Part shown: one piece after another, positions 39,228-48,250 of the stretch
Layout of the letters: each line of letters starts with the position of its first letter
How positions within the stretch are numbered: the first letter of the stretch is position 1
Virus record (IMG/VR): IMGVR_UViG_3300018424_000006
Coordinates: 124,001 to 188,000 of that record
Strand: one strand, 5' to 3'
DNA length: 64,000 bases
Translations under genes and position numbers: made by a program
Notes under the pieces: generated by a model
What the model was told of the DNA's origin: nothing
The model's database searches: none
What the model saw: the letters and a program-made list of their open reading frames with translations, nothing else

Positions 39228-39329
39228 AATAAACAGATGACCTTATACTTTGTAATTACTATTGATCCAGTCGTTAACTTGTTTGGTAGTGGTTCTTTAA
39301 AAATTCGATTTTAAATCAAATTTTAAATT

Positions 39330-39766
39330 AGCCCTTAGGAACAATATTGATAGTTCCGTGCCTTTTATGGTGGGCAATAAGACTAACAGTAAAGAGACTC
39401 CTGTTAACTGGTCCTCGTTTTCCCGGGTTACACTGACCGTTAGTCTTCTCCAAATTTACGTCTTCTTGTCGGATCTGCTGGGTGTCCGACATTTAGGTTG
39501 GAAAGGTATGAAGGCCGCTATAAGCTTTAGCGTTTTTTTGCGGCTTCTCCCACTCGTGCTGCTTTGTTACTTACGCTCGTTATTGGCAACGTCCTTTTGG
39601 TTGGTTCGTCGTGCCAGAATAAGCTATTCCGGATATTTTTCTAATGGGTTTATATCCGTGCGACTCACAGCGGCCTTTATACCGATCCTTCTCCACTTCT
39701 CCCTTACCCGCACAGACTTTGTCCTCACTGCAGTCTTCGGATTGCAGTGGGGCGTTTTCTGCCGTT
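39330..39766 (+). ncRNA. Putative structured non-coding RNA (~430 nt)
   Basis: Helices 39379-87/39439-47, 39467-73/39485-91, a 15-bp long-range helix 39505-19/39669-83, 39630-36/39652-58, and a terminal cUUCGg hairpin 39721-53 with U tail. G-U pairs favour the + strand. Confidence 0.6.
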
Positions 39767-39826
39767 AAAAAAAAATAAAGAGGCTCCTGAGTTATTGTAA
39801 TCAACCCAGCCAAGAGAAAAACTTCG

Positions 39827-40813
39827 ATGTTAAAATTACATAAACTCCCCTACTCTCGATTTCAAGAACTTGTCGATGAAGATATCTTCCCTGCCGCTAT
39901 CGGTGATGAGCTACTTGCTTTCCAAATCCAGAAGAAAGAAGGTAACTTGTTTATCGCTTATTTCGATATGGATAAATTCGGTACCGTTAATACTGAAACT
40001 AACGTTACCTATCGTGAGTTACAACTACCGGTAGAAGTTGAAACTATCGGTAGATTGCGCCTAGAATGTAGTAATGCATTCGCGGTCCCAGTAACATATA
40101 AAGACCCCCAAACTAAAAAGATCGTCAATCAGCTACTGCATGTCAAAGATTATCTGCCGGGTCAAGAAACTCTAATCACTTTTGATAATCTTAATCTGAC
40201 AGATCACTATGAGCTTGAGATTAATGAGAAAAGTTTTAAGGTAACTCCGGCAACTGGTACTGTACTGAAGATTTCAGATTCCGATAAACTTGGTGAAATT
40301 TGTGATAGTGCTGTTGAAGCGATCAATAAAAACCCTGAAATCCATCTACAGTTTGCTTTTGAATTGCAGATGCCGTTCAGTATTCTAGGCGGTATTGATA
40401 ATCTGTTCTTCGCATATATGGATTTAGCAAAAGGACATCGCACGGCATTTGTAATCGATAGAAATACTGGCGAAGCTAAGTTGTTGTCTCAGTTATTTGC
40501 ACCTCTTAATCTAGAACGCAAGTCAATAGCGATTTGCGGACATAACTCCGACGGCTTCTTTGTGCTCTTCGGCCATCAAGATGGCGAGCGTAGTGGTTCG
40601 ATTATGTTCGTTACTTATGACGAACTACGTAACTGGAAGATCACAGATGGCTCTTTAACTACTGAAGCGATTGTGTTCCGAGACGAAATCTATCTTCTTG
40701 GTGAAGATGGTTACTTCATTAATGATGCCACTGGTGATATCGTTGGTCGTCTTAATGAAGACGAACTACTTGTTGCAGTATCTCCAAATCTACCTTTCAT
40801 TTTGATTGGTTAA
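39827..40813 (+). CDS. Hypothetical beta-rich protein
   Basis: 328 aa ORF followed by a terminator. Confidence 0.7.
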   Translation: MLKLHKLPYSRFQELVDEDIFPAAIGDELLAFQIQKKEGNLFIAYFDMDKFGTVNTETNVTYRELQLPVEVETIGRLRLECSNAFAVPVTYKDPQTKKIVNQLLHVKDYLPGQETLITFDNLNLTDHYELEINEKSFKVTPATGTVLKISDSDKLGEICDSAVEAINKNPEIHLQFAFELQMPFSILGGIDNLFFAYMDLAKGHRTAFVIDRNTGEAKLLSQLFAPLNLERKSIAICGHNSDGFFVLFGHQDGERSGSIMFVTYDELRNWKITDGSLTTEAIVFRDEIYLLGEDGYFINDATGDIVGRLNEDELLVAVSPNLPFILIG

Positions 40814-40825
40814 AAAAGAAAAAAA

Positions 40826-40859
40826 GACTACTCCCTAGGCTAATGCCTAGGGAGTAGTT
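40826..40859. terminator. Bidirectional terminator
   Basis: ACTACTCCCTAGGC/GCCTAGGGAGTAGT. Confidence 0.85.
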
Positions 40860-40867
40860 AGTCTGCC

Positions 40868-41299
40868 TTAAAGAGTAGATTCTGGGAATATCTTCTTTAT
40901 GGTAATGTTGACTAGTGGAATCACATCTAGGTATGGAACTAAGATATCTAGGACCGCTTGACGATCGTAGTTATCCACCCACCTACTATCTAGAGTTAGG
41001 AAACCAGCATTGCGTACTTTATCTCGAGCAGGATGAGAATACGTTATCACTGTTTGGAATAGGATATCGTAGTAATAGTTCTCGGCATACTTGATAGCAG
41101 CTTCTGCGATCTCTTCTGGATTGAAATTCTCGCCTACACGACCACTAAATAGAAGATAGCCAAAATGATCCTTGGCGACCCTATGGGCTCCGTACAGAGC
41201 CATTGTTTCCGACCGGTCAATGAAGTTATGTACTTCATCGATAAGTGCTAGCGAAAGGGGCAAAGTTTCATATTGCATATCCAATCTCCTTATTGACAT
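40868..41299 (-). CDS. Hypothetical protein
   Basis: 143 aa ORF overlapping the upstream gene; true start may be MQYET. Confidence 0.65.
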   Translation of the reverse strand: MSIRRLDMQYETLPLSLALIDEVHNFIDRSETMALYGAHRVAKDHFGYLLFSGRVGENFNPEEIAEAAIKYAENYYYDILFQTVITYSHPARDKVRNAGFLTLDSRWVDNYDRQAVLDILVPYLDVIPLVNITIKKIFPESTL

Positions 41300-42258
41300 T
41301 CTGCTAAACTCGAAAAATAATCTTCCAGCATTTTACGTACAAATTCTTTGCACTCGCTGCGACTATTATATTTCTTAAAGTTTTCCAGTCTTTTCCAAGG
41401 ACTTCTACGATCCACTGCCATATAAAAGTTTCCAATTCGAATGGAAGGAACACCTTCTCTAGAAGTACCTAGAGAAATAACTCCCGTTCCAGTATGGTTT
41501 TCTTCTATGGCCGGATAGTAGACATCGACAAATGGACCATTATACCCCCTATGATAGAGAACTCCATAGCTATCTTGCTTCTGACTAATCTCTATAATCC
41601 TTGGGAATAAAGAGTATATAGTCTCCACTGCCTTTTCTTGCTCAGCATTTAAAGCCAGAGTAATAAAAGACCGTTTGACAGTTTCCTTGCCTCGATTAAG
41701 GCTAATATACATAGGAGAATATTTAGTACGTAGGTTGTACGTTTTATCGAAACAAAAGAACTGACGTTCAAGAATGAGCCTGGCTCGTTGAAATAAAACA
41801 AGAAGTGCTACATCCTCGAAACTTACATTTAAGTTACTAAGATATAACTTAGTAGTTACGCTAAGCCCAAAGAAATCTTTGTCAGGCTCAGGCCTGCTTG
41901 GCTTTAGTAGTTTATGCATCGATTCAGCTAGCATCTCTTTCTGTTCACATTCCACGTCTTTTTCAAAACGCCCGTGACGAAAGTAATCATAGATGTTTTT
42001 ATAGATCGGAAAATACTTTCTAAGTGCAAGTATTTTTTTAATTTTCTCTTGGTCTTCTCCGCCATGTCGTAGAGTATTTCCTGAGTCGCTATACATCCAC
42101 CACCAGTCGTAATGGTCAAGTAGTAAGAAAAAATCTTCTGGGGTATAGTCCTCTGGATTAACCAGCGTTCTTTTTCGTATCATCAAATCCCCAATTAATT
42201 TACCGTGCTCTTGGGTATCCTTTATAAACTGCTTTTCTTCTGTTGTTAAAAATCGCAT
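41290..42258 (-). CDS. Hypothetical early protein
   Basis: 322 aa; HYDWWWMYSD motif; downstream of an early promoter. Confidence 0.7.
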   Translation of the reverse strand: MRFLTTEEKQFIKDTQEHGKLIGDLMIRKRTLVNPEDYTPEDFFLLLDHYDWWWMYSDSGNTLRHGGEDQEKIKKILALRKYFPIYKNIYDYFRHGRFEKDVECEQKEMLAESMHKLLKPSRPEPDKDFFGLSVTTKLYLSNLNVSFEDVALLVLFQRARLILERQFFCFDKTYNLRTKYSPMYISLNRGKETVKRSFITLALNAEQEKAVETIYSLFPRIIEISQKQDSYGVLYHRGYNGPFVDVYYPAIEENHTGTGVISLGTSREGVPSIRIGNFYMAVDRRSPWKRLENFKKYNSRSECKEFVRKMLEDYFSSLAECQ

Positions 42259-42326
42259 TTGTGTTGCTCTCCTTTAAATGGATTATTTTATAGGAGACTT
42301 AGATTATATATCACAGCCTCACTTAA

Positions 42327-42334
42327 GTAATATA
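42327..42334 (-). promoter_or_regulatory. Early promoter TATATTAC
   Basis: GAATTCTATATTAC. Confidence 0.75.
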
Positions 42335-42419
42335 GAATTCAAATATTCTAAAAATACATATCCTACTTAGCGTATGAAGTAGTAACCAACCAAATTAAAA
42401 AAACCTACGGAGAAGGAAA

Positions 42420-42917
42420 ATGATTACATATGTTGAAGGCGATGTCTTCGATAAGAAACTCCTTAAAGAAAATGACTTCTTTTTACATCTAGCCAATTGC
42501 CATAAAACAATGGGTGCGGGTGTAGCTCTGGGAGTGAAGCATTTTATGCCGGAGCTATATCAGGCTGACCTAAATGATTCTCGAACCCCAAAACAGAGGC
42601 TGGGTTCTTATAGTACCGCCAGCGTTACTCTGACTGAAAGTATCCCTAGTATGAGAATTCCTGCCGAAAAAATAACGGGTGTCAATATTTATGGCCAGTT
42701 TTATTACGGTAGAGAACAAACCTACGTACGGTATAAAGACTTAGAGGCAGCACTTTTAGCTTTCCATAAATCTTTCGAGTTGAAAGAAACCTCTAGAATC
42801 ATCATGCCTATGATGGGTTCCGGTCTAGCTGGCGGTAGTTGGAAACGTGTTGAAGAAATCATCGGACGCACTTTCCCATTGCAAAAAGTAACAGTAGTTA
42901 TTAAGAAGGATCAGTAA
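42420..42917 (+). CDS. Macrodomain (ADP-ribose binding/hydrolase) protein
   Basis: YVEGDVF, H.ANC..TMGAGVA, N.YGQ and PMMGSGLAGGSW motifs. Confidence 0.9.
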   Translation: MITYVEGDVFDKKLLKENDFFLHLANCHKTMGAGVALGVKHFMPELYQADLNDSRTPKQRLGSYSTASVTLTESIPSMRIPAEKITGVNIYGQFYYGREQTYVRYKDLEAALLAFHKSFELKETSRIIMPMMGSGLAGGSWKRVEEIIGRTFPLQKVTVVIKKDQ

Positions 42918-43201
42918 TGGAAAACATGACTCAGTCCCCTAACTGGGATCTACCTACGTCTTTAGCGGAATTAATTGAATACAATGAAGATTGCCTTCTT
43001 TCCGAAAAGCCGGACCGCATGGCAATTCTTCTATCTGACCCTAATGACCCGGGTAAATTGGTTATATTGGAATATGGTGATGATGGCTGGCAGAACCGTC
43101 CGGGTTCTCGTGAGTGGGTTTGTGACATGCCTATCCTGGATCTTCAGGAAGGTATTAACGCCGTACTAGAACGTCATACTTTCGATAATGAAAAAGGATA
43201 G
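42917..43201 (+). CDS. Hypothetical protein
   Basis: 94 aa acidic ORF, TAATG coupling. Confidence 0.6.
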   Translation: MENMTQSPNWDLPTSLAELIEYNEDCLLSEKPDRMAILLSDPNDPGKLVILEYGDDGWQNRPGSREWVCDMPILDLQEGINAVLERHTFDNEKG

Positions 43202-43937
43202 ATTTGGGATAGAGCAGTATCCCGATGAAATTGCTTACCAATCAGTGCCTTGTCCCGGACACGAGGCCTATCTGAGGGAAATGTATATGCCCAGTTATAA
43301 ATCTAACGTAGTTATAGAACGAGCCGCTATTTCAGCTAGACAAACTGGCAAGACTTTAGCTAATAAGTATGCGTTTGATATTCTGGCAGAACGTTTACGA
43401 GATAGTCATGGGGATAACTTTTCTTTTAGTTCGATAAGTCCTTTTGGGACTGCTTCACATATTTCCGAACTCTATCCTCGGATTAACTTAGACTATATGT
43501 ATGAAAACAGTGCGGCTATTCGTAACCATATATCTAATGCTAGGTTCTCTTTGAAGATGTTTAAAAACTCTTCAGTATTTCAGACGATGTTGAAGTGTTG
43601 GCTACGCTATACTATCGATATGAATCGCTTTGTCGATTCTCTTATAGCTAAAGAGGAGGTAAGCCGGTATAATGAAAGTCTTTCTCCGATAGGAAACTTC
43701 ATTAACCAAGCTAAGGCTAAGTTCGGATTTAGGGATGACTATTATACCCCTATTAACGTAGGTACACTTTCCAGCTATGATGAATCCAAATACGAATTTG
43801 TCTATGGCATACCACAACCTAGAAATACTTTCCCGTTCGAGATTTTTGATTACTATTTAGATAACCGTAATACTGGTCTTGATACTCTGAATGTCTTTTC
43901 GGAAGAGTTCTATTGGTTAATTATCTACCCTAGCTAA
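43188..43937 (+). CDS. Hypothetical protein
   Basis: 249 aa; contains an isolated SARQTGKT. Confidence 0.65.
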   Translation: MKKDRFGIEQYPDEIAYQSVPCPGHEAYLREMYMPSYKSNVVIERAAISARQTGKTLANKYAFDILAERLRDSHGDNFSFSSISPFGTASHISELYPRINLDYMYENSAAIRNHISNARFSLKMFKNSSVFQTMLKCWLRYTIDMNRFVDSLIAKEEVSRYNESLSPIGNFINQAKAKFGFRDDYYTPINVGTLSSYDESKYEFVYGIPQPRNTFPFEIFDYYLDNRNTGLDTLNVFSEEFYWLIIYPS

Positions 43938-43946
43938 AAAAAGAAA

Positions 43947-43984
43947 AAGCTATACACCAGAGCTAGTGCTCTGGTGTATAGCTT
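43947..43984. terminator. Bidirectional terminator
   Basis: 17-bp perfect inverted repeat. Confidence 0.85.
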
Positions 43985-44024
43985 GATCTGCGTTTAGGTA
44001 AACGTACAGGAACTACCTCGTCAG

Positions 44025-44480
44025 CTAACCTACTTTTTTCATTTGAATGACGTTGTCATATTTGCCCATGACTTTACAACCTTTAAAGTGAAGATCCTTT
44101 TCAAAGTTAAAGCAAGCTACTCGAGCTAGATTGTTTTCAATCAAGTTCTTAAGTAACTTAACGTTATCAGGATCTTCAATGGGGTTAGTATTGAACAATT
44201 CAAACATATGCTTTTGTATTTCAACAACAAGATAGGTGTTATCTACATCTTCTTTGTACATTCCAAATTGCACTCGAAACTCTTGACACTTTTTAACATA
44301 AAGACCTAGCTCATCTAGACGAGGTTTAGTCATTAAGTTAAGCGCATCCAAACGAACTGCGTCTTCAATGTCTTCCGTAAATGCTCGTACAGAATATTGA
44401 AGGTTAAGATCACGACGCGGAATGTTTTCCCCAAGTACTTTTAATTTGGAGAGTACAAACTCCTTTATTTCTTTGTTCAT
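44025..44480 (-). CDS. Hypothetical protein
   Basis: Start ATG 44480 overlaps the stop of the upstream small ORF (ATGA). Confidence 0.65.
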   Translation of the reverse strand: MNKEIKEFVLSKLKVLGENIPRRDLNLQYSVRAFTEDIEDAVRLDALNLMTKPRLDELGLYVKKCQEFRVQFGMYKEDVDNTYLVVEIQKHMFELFNTNPIEDPDNVKLLKNLIENNLARVACFNFEKDLHFKGCKVMGKYDNVIQMKKVG

Positions 44481-44626
44481 TGCTCGTCTACCCACTTAGG
44501 GTCGTTATAGCACGAAGAACAGTGATCCTGATATTCACGATTACCGTCTTCGTCTACTCCAGTTAAAACGATCTGTGCTCCGCAGCAGTCAGAAACTTTA
44601 TCGTCCATATCTGTAGTTGTTTGCAT
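44477..44626 (-). CDS. 49 aa Zn-ribbon-like protein
   Basis: Read by hand: ...VSDCCGAQI...DHCSSC...; GAGGAG RBS. Confidence 0.65.
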   Translation of the reverse strand: MQTTTDMDDKVSDCCGAQIVLTGVDEDGNREYQDHCSSCYNDPKWVDEQ

Positions 44627-44630
44627 TTTT

Positions 44631-44804
44631 TTATTTCTCCTCTCTACCAGATTTATTGTCCGTCACTCTAACCGGCCTCATATCCCAACTACATTTACTG
44701 CAGTGATCAGAATAGTAATGCCAGCCATTTTTAAATTTGCCGTAATAATCAACAGGCACATTGCAGCAGGGAGAAATAAAATCACCCTTCTTCTTAGTCC
44801 TCAT
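44631..44804 (-). CDS. 57 aa Zn-ribbon-like protein
   Basis: Read by hand: ...ISPCCNVPV...DHCSKC...; first gene after an early promoter. Confidence 0.65.
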   Translation of the reverse strand: MRTKKKGDFISPCCNVPVDYYGKFKNGWHYYSDHCSKCSWDMRPVRVTDNKSGREEK

Positions 44805-44837
44805 CTAGCAACCCTTTTATTATCTCATGTCAATATA

Positions 44838-44845
44838 GTAATATA
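44838..44845 (-). promoter_or_regulatory. Early promoter TATATTAC
   Basis: TTTCAATTCTATATTAC. Confidence 0.8.
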
Positions 44846-44875
44846 GAATTGAAATGTTTTCCACAACGGCAAAAA

Positions 44876-44904
44876 ACTCCATGCCCCAACTACGGACATG
44901 GAGT
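44876..44904 (-). terminator. Intrinsic terminator
   Basis: ACTCCATG/CATGGAGT stem, U6 tail, then GCCG. Confidence 0.75.
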
Positions 44905-44912
44905 GAAAGGCC

Positions 44913-46130
44913 TTAGCCGTTATAGTAACGGATACTAAGAATACGTAAAGAAATGTAAACTAAGACAGCTACTTTAGTTGCAGATAGAGTTGCTTCATGG
45001 CGAGCGCTTATAGAACGCTTCACAATGTCCTCTACCTTCTCTTTTATGTCTAGCACTGCTTTGTTATTAGTTCGATGCGATCGGAAGCCTGAGCGCAATC
45101 TAGAGACGATCTCGGGGATGTTCTTTTCATCTATCTCAGAACTTTTCATGAACTGGTGAATATAGACTACTAGAGCCCCTACTTCTTTAGTGATATCGAA
45201 TCGCTTCTTACCGTCAATGTTATCTGAGATAAAGTCTAGAGCTTTAACTAGATTACTCTCAGTAGCAGATTCTACTAAGTTAAGAGTTGCTTGAATTAAC
45301 TCTTCCTTAATGAAGTCATTTCGATACTGAAGAATGTCATGCATCTTCTTGGCATTATCTTCGATATTGTTAGTAAACTCACGAAGTACTTGCTCGCCTT
45401 CTAGGTTTGTAATGAAAGCTTGCTGACTAAGAATACGAGCTTCTGAATCTCGTAATTCATAGAAGGTACTAGTCAGCTTATTATAGCTCTTACGAACCCT
45501 ATCCTGAACATCATTTACTAAAGCAACTTGCTCTTCGTTATCATCCATCTTATTTAAAGCTTTTTGATGGATACTCTTCTTACTCAAGAAGCCGTCTGTA
45601 CGATATTCAATTAATGCTTTCCAATTACCAGTCAGCTTAAGTAGGCTCTTTCTGCTAAGCTGTTCATATACTGCCTGTGCCAATGCTTCATCTGCACGAT
45701 ATGGAAAACGCTTAGCGTCCACACTGGTTAGGAATTTAATCTGCAGCATGTTCATTGCTGCATGAGCACCCATCTCCTTATATTTGGAAGGAAGATCTGC
45801 TGTAAGGCATTTATGAATAATCCAAGTAAAGATATAGTTTACTGGGTTACCAGAAACCGCAAACTCTTTGTTGATCTCTGGTAGTTCGTGTAATTCTTCT
45901 TTGAAAGATTCTATATCTAGAACCTCGGCTACATCTTCGACCCAGTAGTCACGATCTTCAGACTTAAAGCGGATAGGATAAACTCCTATTAAGTTTCCGC
46001 CAAAGAACTGGATATGGTCATCGTTCTTATGAATAAAGTTATTATAACCGCGAACGATCATTTCCATCTTAGCGCGGTCAAATTTTGCCTCGCTATATTT
46101 TTCAATTAAATCTTTGATTGTTTTCTTCAT
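44913..46130 (-). CDS. Conserved core protein (probably gp32-like)
   Basis: KN.DHIQFFGGNLIGV..IRF motif; near the tail tube/sheath genes. Confidence 0.6.
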   Translation of the reverse strand: MKKTIKDLIEKYSEAKFDRAKMEMIVRGYNNFIHKNDDHIQFFGGNLIGVYPIRFKSEDRDYWVEDVAEVLDIESFKEELHELPEINKEFAVSGNPVNYIFTWIIHKCLTADLPSKYKEMGAHAAMNMLQIKFLTSVDAKRFPYRADEALAQAVYEQLSRKSLLKLTGNWKALIEYRTDGFLSKKSIHQKALNKMDDNEEQVALVNDVQDRVRKSYNKLTSTFYELRDSEARILSQQAFITNLEGEQVLREFTNNIEDNAKKMHDILQYRNDFIKEELIQATLNLVESATESNLVKALDFISDNIDGKKRFDITKEVGALVVYIHQFMKSSEIDEKNIPEIVSRLRSGFRSHRTNNKAVLDIKEKVEDIVKRSISARHEATLSATKVAVLVYISLRILSIRYYNG

Positions 46131-46578
46131 CGTAAATACTCAGTTTGCCATGGAAGGCTTCTCGGAAGTCTGGATGTTTCTTTGCTAATAACTTAGCATA
46201 TTTAACAGAGTACGAAATGCGGTCTACATCTCGCTGTAACCCTACGGAGTCAGTACCAATATCAACAAGCTTTTCATGTACCTTATCTTTACTAGGAACT
46301 GTCTCTTCTATGGTAGTATCAATAAAGTCAGCGATCATTGCAACGGAACGCATAAAGACTTTACCCGCATACTTATTCAGATACTTAGTATCCTTATAGG
46401 AGCTATGGTCGGTCAAGAAAAAATGTAGGAATTGATCCTTCGTTTTCAAGTCCTTCTCGACTATTTTAGTTAGACAGTAATCCATCATATTCCATTCCAT
46501 CTCGCCGATCGGAAAGAAACCCCAGATTATGCTATTTAATTCATGACGTAATTTATCATTCATTTGTGCTTCTAACAT
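46102..46578 (-). CDS. Hypothetical protein
   Basis: 158 aa, GGGGAG RBS. Confidence 0.65.
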   Translation of the reverse strand: MLEAQMNDKLRHELNSIIWGFFPIGEMEWNMMDYCLTKIVEKDLKTKDQFLHFFLTDHSSYKDTKYLNKYAGKVFMRSVAMIADFIDTTIEETVPSKDKVHEKLVDIGTDSVGLQRDVDRISYSVKYAKLLAKKHPDFREAFHGKLSIYDEENNQRFN

Positions 46579-46736
46579 GGCAAGCTCCCCCTTCTTATTT
46601 TTGGGCTTACATTTGATTCGGCAATTTAAAATAAAAAGGTAGGATTATATACATAATCGAAAAGTAGCCTATAAAATTTCAGTGTCGTTTTTACAGAGCT
46701 GCTTTGTTGTCAAAAACTTTCTAAAGGAAAAAAGAG

Positions 46737-47609
46737 ATGAGTGGTAACTTTCAACCCAAGCCTCGTCCAGTGATCGAAGAACCCGGTCATGACTTAAACC
46801 CAATGGCAGAATACATGATTGCCAGTAAAAAAGATTTGAAGCCTCATGCCACTCCGGGTGGTCAGGTTTCTGGTAACACCATGCCTGTAAATGGCCAGAT
46901 GGTTAAGGTGGGCACTTTCGCAGTTATTGCTAAGTACCAAATAGGTATCCCTGCCGACCATCCTAACTTCCCAGAAGTAGCTAAGTTCGCTACTACTTTC
47001 CCAGAGAACGAATACTTCGTTGCTTGGGGTAAGTCCGGCCCTGTACCTTGGGAGAAAGATGAGTCTTTCCGTTACATCCCAACCTTCTCTCGTTATGTAG
47101 TAAACGAAGCAGGTACCGTTAAAAATGCGCATACCGGCGCTGTTGTATATGAAGACGTATTCGACAAGCGTGCTCAGTTAGTAGCTGACGGTTTCATGAA
47201 TGGCCTATCTTGGGTTATGGGTAACATGATCAAGATCCTAGCATTCAGCAAACTACCTGAAACATTCACTGACTATACTTTCCAGAACTATAGCCATTCT
47301 ATTGGTGTAGTGGACGGTCAATTAGGCTGGGAACCAAAACCGGTAATCTCTGCTCGTAGTAATGTTGATGGTCAGATTGTTAAATCTCGTACTGTACAAG
47401 ATTTCATTACTTGCCGCATTAAAGACTTCACTCAGAAAGGTGAGGCGCGTAAACAGATCCGTAACCTATCTTCTACCGCTGCCGTGCGCATGGGTGAGTT
47501 TAGTGTTCTTAAAGGTGACGTTGACGACGTGACTAAGTTTGGTCCTGCTCAAGAGTCTGCTCCTGTCCCACAAGGCAATGCAAGCTTTGACAATGATCTA
47601 AGCTTCTAG
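46737..47609 (+). CDS. Hypothetical protein with a NUMOD4-like segment and no HNH site
   Basis: FRYIPTFSRYVVNEAGTVKN and KILAF, but no H..G...NN motif. Confidence 0.55.
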   Translation: MSGNFQPKPRPVIEEPGHDLNPMAEYMIASKKDLKPHATPGGQVSGNTMPVNGQMVKVGTFAVIAKYQIGIPADHPNFPEVAKFATTFPENEYFVAWGKSGPVPWEKDESFRYIPTFSRYVVNEAGTVKNAHTGAVVYEDVFDKRAQLVADGFMNGLSWVMGNMIKILAFSKLPETFTDYTFQNYSHSIGVVDGQLGWEPKPVISARSNVDGQIVKSRTVQDFITCRIKDFTQKGEARKQIRNLSSTAAVRMGEFSVLKGDVDDVTKFGPAQESAPVPQGNASFDNDLSF

Positions 47610-47622
47610 ACAAAAAAATAAA

Positions 47623-47652
47623 GCTACTCCTAGCCTAATGGCTAGGAGTAGT
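47623..47652. terminator. Bidirectional terminator
   Basis: CTACTCCTAGCC/GGCTAGGAGTAG. Confidence 0.85.
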
Positions 47653-47662
47653 CTTTTATGTC

Positions 47663-48139
47663 CTAATCGGAAATAGACTCTACCATGAGGTTGATATCAG
47701 GAAACATACCAAAGCCTCCATAATCTTCATCTGGATCGTAGATAGTTTCTATTGTGTCCGGTTCCTCTACAGCTAAGTAGGTAAGTATACCTATGGCCGG
47801 TTTTACATCCTCAAAGTAGAATACTCCAGAATGCTCCATTAAAGAACCTAGTACAATCTCGATAGCATGACGTATTAGATATTTTCTATAGTCAGTATAG
47901 CTAAGGTAGTCATACGGACCCTTTACTATATCTTCAGCAAGTGCGTGATCAGGGACTTTGTTATTCATTAATAAAATCGAGTTCATATAGCTAACCGATT
48001 TATGTAACGAACGTGCCTGAGTTCCTTTCCAATTTCCATTTACAAAGATTAGCGATGGAGAGGTTAGTGCTCTCCCTTCTATCTTTTTCTCCATTTCCAT
48101 AATCGCTAACAGAAGTTTTTCTCTAGACATTTCTGCCAT
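47663..48139 (-). CDS. Hypothetical early protein
   Basis: 158 aa, GGAG RBS, early promoter upstream. Confidence 0.7.
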   Translation of the reverse strand: MAEMSREKLLLAIMEMEKKIEGRALTSPSLIFVNGNWKGTQARSLHKSVSYMNSILLMNNKVPDHALAEDIVKGPYDYLSYTDYRKYLIRHAIEIVLGSLMEHSGVFYFEDVKPAIGILTYLAVEEPDTIETIYDPDEDYGGFGMFPDINLMVESISD

Positions 48140-48173
48140 AGGTTTCTCCAGTTATGGTTGGTAATGCATTTAA

Positions 48174-48181
48174 GTAATATA
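48174..48181 (-). promoter_or_regulatory. Early promoter TATATTAC
   Basis: AATTCTATATTAC. Confidence 0.75.
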
Positions 48182-48211
48182 GAATTACAAAATTCTCGAC
48201 AACAGAAAAAC

Positions 48212-48241
48212 CTATCCTACCCCAATAAAGGAGTAGGATAG
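48212..48241 (-). terminator. Terminator after tail tube gene
   Basis: CTATCCTAC/GTAGGATAG stem with U5 tail. Confidence 0.75.
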
Positions 48242-48250
48242 ATAAATACC

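Noticed and set aside
39330-39766. tmRNA, RNase P, tRNA or CsrB-like (minus-strand GGA-rich) identity for the structured region
   Set aside because: No tRNA-like ends or RNase P core motif was seen. G-U pairing and the UUCG loop favour the + strand, where GGA loops are scarce.
39358-39813. Track ORFs 39358..39768 (+) and 39580..39813 (-)
   Set aside because: No convincing RBS, atypical composition, and both run through the terminal hairpin. They are better explained as by-products of a structured RNA, though a dual function is not excluded.
43330-43356. Terminase-like Walker A (SARQTGKT) suggesting a second terminase
   Set aside because: No Walker B or nuclease motifs; the full terminase is at 56499..58649.
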